DNA of 64,000 nt from Nitrospinales bacterium (GTDB taxonomy: Bacteria > Nitrospinota > Nitrospinia > Nitrospinales > VA-1): positions 576,001 to 640,000 of the forward strand of contig CBDCXL010000001.1 in NCBI GenBank assembly GCA_965223795.1, read 5' to 3'. Below the pieces are notes generated by a model. The model was not told where the DNA came from, did no database searches, and saw nothing but the letters and a program-made list of their open reading frames with translations. The translations under genes were made by a program, and so were the position numbers. The first letter of the stretch is position 1, and every line of letters begins with the position of its first letter. Positions 59,261-64,000 of the stretch are shown piece by piece.

Positions 59261-60235
59261 TTGCTCGCCGTCGACAACCTGACCACTCATTTCCACACCG
59301 ATGACGGCGTGGTGCAGGCGGTGCGCGGCGTTTCCCTCAACATCGACTCCGGCCAGACGCTGGCCCTGGTGGGCGAGTCCGGCTGCGGCAAATCGGTCAC
59401 CGCGCTCAGCGTGCTCAAGCTCATCCCCACCCCTCCGGGACGCTTCGTTTCCGGCACCATCCGGTTCGACGGCCGCAGCATTCTGGACGCCTCTGAAAGC
59501 GAGATGCAGGCCATCCGCGGCAACGACATCAGCATGATCTTTCAGGAGCCGATGACCTCGCTCAACCCCATCTTCACCATCGGCGACCAGATCGCGGAAA
59601 CGATCCTGCTGCACCAGAACAAAAGCCCGGACGAGGCGCGCGCCCTGACGCTGGAGGCCCTGAAGAAGGTGGCCATGCCCTCGCCGGAAAAACGCATCGA
59701 CCAGTACCCGCACGAGCTTTCGGGCGGCATGAAGCAGCGGGTGATGATCGCCATGGCCATCGCCTGCCGGCCGAAGCTTTTGATCGCCGACGAGCCGACC
59801 ACGGCCCTGGACGTGACGGTGCAGGCGCAGATCCTCGACCTGCTGGAATCGCTGCGGGAGCAGACCGGCATGGCGATCCTGCTGATCACGCACAATCTCG
59901 GAATCGTGGCGCAGTACGCCGACCGGGTGGCGGTGATGTACGCCGGCAAGATCGTCGAGGAAGCGCCGGTGGAAACGCTGTTCGGCTCCCCGGCGCACCC
60001 GTACACGCGCGGGCTGCTCGCTTCGCTGCCGCGCGGCGAGCCGGGCGAAAAACTCCAGGCCATTCCGGGCGCGGTGCCGCACCCGGCCTACATCCCGGAC
60101 GGCTGCGCCTTCCATCCGCGCTGCCCGGACGTGCTGCCGCACTGCAACGAACGCATCCCGCCGTTTTTCGACGCGCCTTCAAGTAAAGAACAGCCGACGG
60201 CGTGCTGGCTCTACGATGAGGACGGGACTTCATGA
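59261..60235 (+). CDS. oppD: Oligopeptide/dipeptide ABC transporter ATPase (OppD/DppD)
   Basis: [49 protein letters not shown] start. Confidence 0.93.
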   Translation: MLAVDNLTTHFHTDDGVVQAVRGVSLNIDSGQTLALVGESGCGKSVTALSVLKLIPTPPGRFVSGTIRFDGRSILDASESEMQAIRGNDISMIFQEPMTSLNPIFTIGDQIAETILLHQNKSPDEARALTLEALKKVAMPSPEKRIDQYPHELSGGMKQRVMIAMAIACRPKLLIADEPTTALDVTVQAQILDLLESLREQTGMAILLITHNLGIVAQYADRVAVMYAGKIVEEAPVETLFGSPAHPYTRGLLASLPRGEPGEKLQAIPGAVPHPAYIPDGCAFHPRCPDVLPHCNERIPPFFDAPSSKEQPTACWLYDEDGTS

Positions 60236-60314
60236 CGGCGCTGGTCGCAATCCGCTCACTGAAAAAATATTTTCCGGATTACGGTGATCTGCTTGTGCGG
60301 GAGGACGGGACTCC

Positions 60315-61286
<972 letters not shown>

Positions 61287-61306
61287 CGACTACCCTAAAA
61301 AAGCAG

Positions 61307-61371
61307 CTCGCGCAAAGACGCTAAGGCGCAAAGGAAAAGCAAGGCAGGATGAACAGGATAAAAGCAGAAAC
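61307..61371 (+). repeat. Left arm of imperfect inverted repeat flanking the low-GC gene
   Basis: CTCGCGCAAAGACGCTAAGGCGCAAAGGAAAAGCAAGGCAGGATGAACAGGATAAAAGCAGAAAC. Confidence 0.7.
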
Positions 61372-61488
61372 AAGGATCAAGATGATGAAATGTACAGCGA
61401 TGAATACAGCTATGTTGTCAAGTTCTTAGTGACTGTGTTAAACCCTAAGTGGTGTGAAGGTTGTCACAGATAAAACTAGTGGGCATTT

Positions 61489-62007
61489 ATGAAAGAAATT
61501 ATTCTTGAAATAAATAATCCTGCTTGGTGGTTCACGGCGGTTTTTGTAGCAGTATTGGTTAGCACCATTGGAGGAGTTTTGTCTCACGCCCTAATATTAT
61601 GGGGTGCTGGGAAAATTGATAAGTACAAGGGTTGGAAAAAACAGAAAGAGGAAAGCGATAAAAAATGGTTTATGAGTTTAGTGGATAATGAGGGATTATT
61701 GTTCGCTGAGGGTTTCAAATTAGTTCTGAATTGGCTTGTGTTCTTGACCGCTTTTATTATTTTCTTTGTTGGGATGACCTCCTATGCGCTGGTTGAATAT
61801 AAAGACGCACAACAGCATGTACTATTGCTTGAGTCATCGCCTGAATCAGAGAGTTGGTTTCTATATGCCTATTTAAGCTTCATGGCCTTGATGGCAATAA
61901 TTTCTATTGTCCAGGGTTGGTTTGTGGGCAACAGAACAAAAAAATTTTTCCACGTTTTACGTGTTTTTAGAATGCTAAATATACCACCGGAAAAACGTGA
62001 AAAATAG
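61489..62007 (+). CDS. Low-GC orphan membrane protein (3 TM)
   Basis: 172-aa ORF, visibly AT-rich relative to neighbours, three hydrophobic segments. Confidence 0.75.
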   Translation: MKEIILEINNPAWWFTAVFVAVLVSTIGGVLSHALILWGAGKIDKYKGWKKQKEESDKKWFMSLVDNEGLLFAEGFKLVLNWLVFLTAFIIFFVGMTSYALVEYKDAQQHVLLLESSPESESWFLYAYLSFMALMAIISIVQGWFVGNRTKKFFHVLRVFRMLNIPPEKREK

Positions 62008-62129
62008 GATCGCATAGAGTTATAGAAAAGGGGTCAAGTCTTGATTTGAGATATTGTTTCTCTGCACCAGTCGGCCCTCTTTGCGGCTTGGCAGCAGCAC
62101 CTTGCGAGTGTTGGGCGAAGCCGGGTTTT

Positions 62130-62197
62130 GGTTTCTAATTTTTTATTTTCCTGTAATCCTGTTTCGCCTTTCCTTTGCGCTCTTTGCGTCTTTGCGG
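62130..62197 (-). repeat. Right arm of the imperfect inverted repeat
   Basis: Reverse complement CCGCAAAGACGCAAAGAGCGCAAAGGAAAGGCGAAACAGGATTACAGGAAAATAAAAAATTAGAAACC. Confidence 0.7.
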
Positions 62198-62381
62198 TAC
62201 CACCAATCCTTCCTCTAGTTTTTTTCCGTCACCCCTTCTTTCCGTCTAGCTTCCCTTTTGTTATCCACGCTAAAGTTGCGCCGCCTTTCGGCCGCAATGA
62301 AATGGGTGGTGGTTTTTCAATGGTTTCTCCCCTCCCCCACTCCCCCGGATTCCCGGCCGGACCCAAATCTGGAGACCCGTT

Positions 62382-62804
62382 TTGTTCTGGAAAAAATGGC
62401 TGCACATTCTCAAAAAACAGGACGCCCCCCGGCCCAATGTGATCGTGGACATCCGCGCCGCGTACCGGGTGAGGCCGTCTTCCGATGCGCCGATTCTGCT
62501 CATCGTGGACCGCAACCCGGTTCCGGTGGTGGACATCAGTTCCGGCGGCGTGTCTTTCAAGAACCGGGATTTCATGGTCGGCGTGTTCTACCGCGTGAAC
62601 TTCATCCTGCCGCACAACAAAAAAGAGATCTCCTGTCAGGTCGAGGTGATGGGCATCGACCGGCACCGGGTCTGCCGCTGCCGCTTCACGGACCTGACCG
62701 CCGAGCAGGAGGAATCCATCCTCCAGTACGTGGTGGAACGCAAACAGGAGCTGCTGCTCGCCTCGCAGGGACGCCCGGCGCTTTTGCACTCGGACCGGCC
62801 CTGA
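62382..62804 (+). CDS. PilZ-domain c-di-GMP-binding protein
   Basis: RxxxR (RAAYR) and DxSxxG (DISSGG) motifs; start uncertain. Confidence 0.85.
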   Translation: MFWKKWLHILKKQDAPRPNVIVDIRAAYRVRPSSDAPILLIVDRNPVPVVDISSGGVSFKNRDFMVGVFYRVNFILPHNKKEISCQVEVMGIDRHRVCRCRFTDLTAEQEESILQYVVERKQELLLASQGRPALLHSDRP

Positions 62805-62881
62805 CCGCAATTCCTTCCCCTCCGCCCGCTTTCCCGCTATAATCCGGGGCTTTCCTGCACCTTCAACCGGGATCGGTCTGC

Positions 62882-63493
62882 ATGACAAACGACGCGTGGT
62901 CGGCGCACGACCTTGAAATGATCGGGCACCGGGAGGTGTTCCTGCAAAAACCGGGGATTCTGAAGCGGGCGGAAGCGCGACTCCGGGATCTGGAAAGCGC
63001 GCTGGCGCGGGAACTCAAAGACACCGCCCCGGCGCTGCCGCCCGATTCCAAGGTGGACAAAGGCCAGCTGGCGCGCGGCGAGAACCACAAGGGCTTTCCC
63101 TTTCTTTCGCTGGACATCCCGCAGTCTTTCTCGAAAACCGAGTATTTCACGTTCCGGACGCTGTTCTGGTGGGGGCATTACCTGGGGTTTTCGCTGATCC
63201 TAAAAGGCGGCGGGCAGAACCTTTGGCTGGAAAACCTGCTAAAACTGCGTCAGACGGAGAACTGGCAGGACGTGTGCCTGTCCACGGCCAAAACGCCGTT
63301 TGAATGGGATGTCGAATTGTTGAAGCGGGCTCAAGACATGCCGGAGGAGGATATCCGCACCACGGTCGGAACTCTCGAATACGTCAAGCTCATCCGGATC
63401 TATCCTGTGCAGGATGAAAGCTTCGTCTCGCTGGACTGGACGGCTGCGGGGCTCGCCGCCTGGCGGGACCTTTCCAAAGCAGCGCTGGATTGA
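62882..63493 (+). CDS. Hypothetical protein
   Basis: 203 aa with typical codon usage; RGEN..GFP...LD.P..F......FRTLFWWG block. Confidence 0.8.
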   Translation: MTNDAWSAHDLEMIGHREVFLQKPGILKRAEARLRDLESALARELKDTAPALPPDSKVDKGQLARGENHKGFPFLSLDIPQSFSKTEYFTFRTLFWWGHYLGFSLILKGGGQNLWLENLLKLRQTENWQDVCLSTAKTPFEWDVELLKRAQDMPEEDIRTTVGTLEYVKLIRIYPVQDESFVSLDWTAAGLAAWRDLSKAALD

Positions 63494-63515
63494 CGACGCT
63501 GCACCGCAGCGGTTT

Positions 63516-63674
63516 TCACTCCGTCTTCCCGTGACGGTCTTTTTGCTCCTGCATTTGCAGCGCCTTGTTTTTCATGATGACCCAGCGCTCATAGCCGCGG
63601 TCCACCGCCAGGATGAGCAGCAGCGCTCCCATCAGCCAGTAGAGCCAGAATCTTTTCTGAAACGCGTTTCTCAA
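63516..63674 (-). CDS. Small single-TM protein not in the ORF track (52 aa)
   Basis: TTG start after AAGGAAG; MRNAFQKRFWLYWLMGALLLILAVDRGYERWVIMKNKALQMQEQKDRHGKTE. Confidence 0.55.
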   Translation of the reverse strand: MRNAFQKRFWLYWLMGALLLILAVDRGYERWVIMKNKALQMQEQKDRHGKTE

Positions 63675-63702
63675 TCCGCTTCCTTTTTAAATTCCCGCTT
63701 TT

Positions 63703-64000
63703 TCACTCCGGCTTTTCAATTCCCAGCTTTTTCATGCGGTGCCACAGGGTGCTGTCCTTGAGGCCGAGCAGGCGCGCCGCGCCACGCGGACCGGAGATCT
63801 TCCAGTTGGTCTGCTCGAGCGCCTTGAGGATGTTGCTTTTGGTCAGCTCCTTCTGATCCTCCTCGCTGGCCACCGCCGCGCCCGTGGCGGGGGCGGGCTT
63901 GTGATTCTGCCCCGGCAGCAGCAGTTCGTCGAGGATGCGTCCGATCCCGGCTGTCTGTTTGCGGCACAGGATGACCAGCCGCTCCATCATGTTTTCCATT
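63703..64000 (-). CDS. Sigma54-dependent activator (NtrC/FhlA-like), C-terminal Fis HTH, truncated by window edge
   Basis: EN.MER..IL, I.KALE.TNW.ISG..GAA.LLGL..STL..RMKKLGI. Confidence 0.9.
   Translation of the reverse strand, partial: MENMMERLVILCRKQTAGIGRILDELLLPGQNHKPAPATGAAVASEEDQKELTKSNILKALEQTNWKISGPRGAARLLGLKDSTLWHRMKKLGIEKPE

Overview
GC-rich bacterial chromosomal window with no rRNA, CRISPR array, integrase or transposase. Gene style suggests a Gram-negative organism, possibly Nitrospina-like (a guess, not provable from this sequence). The main feature is a complete curli-type functional-amyloid locus on the minus strand (7.9-14.4 kb): a LuxR-HTH gene, three curlins (about 11, 8 and 23 repeats), then csgE, csgF and csgG. 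It has a perfect CRP-family box upstream, a structured leader and an internal hairpin, and a second CsgG/FlgT-like gene lies nearby. Other genes: a PAS histidine kinase, three stand-alone receivers, three Sel1-repeat paralogs, slyD, fhs next to a degenerate formyltransferase, an mscL-to-kbp stress cluster, a CadI/ArsI-ArsR-SRPBCC-SigZ cluster, DUF3015-DUF4105, an M48 peptidase, glpE, an RND efflux triad, cydAB, tRNA-Arg(CCT), a YeeE pair, a parvulin-rhodanese fusion, oppD/oppF-like ATPases, PilZ and a partial sigma54 activator. Sequence-level oddities: three frameshifted genes, an 83-bp diverged duplication forming a translationally coupled mini-ORF, a low-GC orphan flanked by inverted repeats, REP-like mosaics, a leaderless ArsR promoter and several sigma54 promoters. 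Family assignments come from motif recognition, not database searches.
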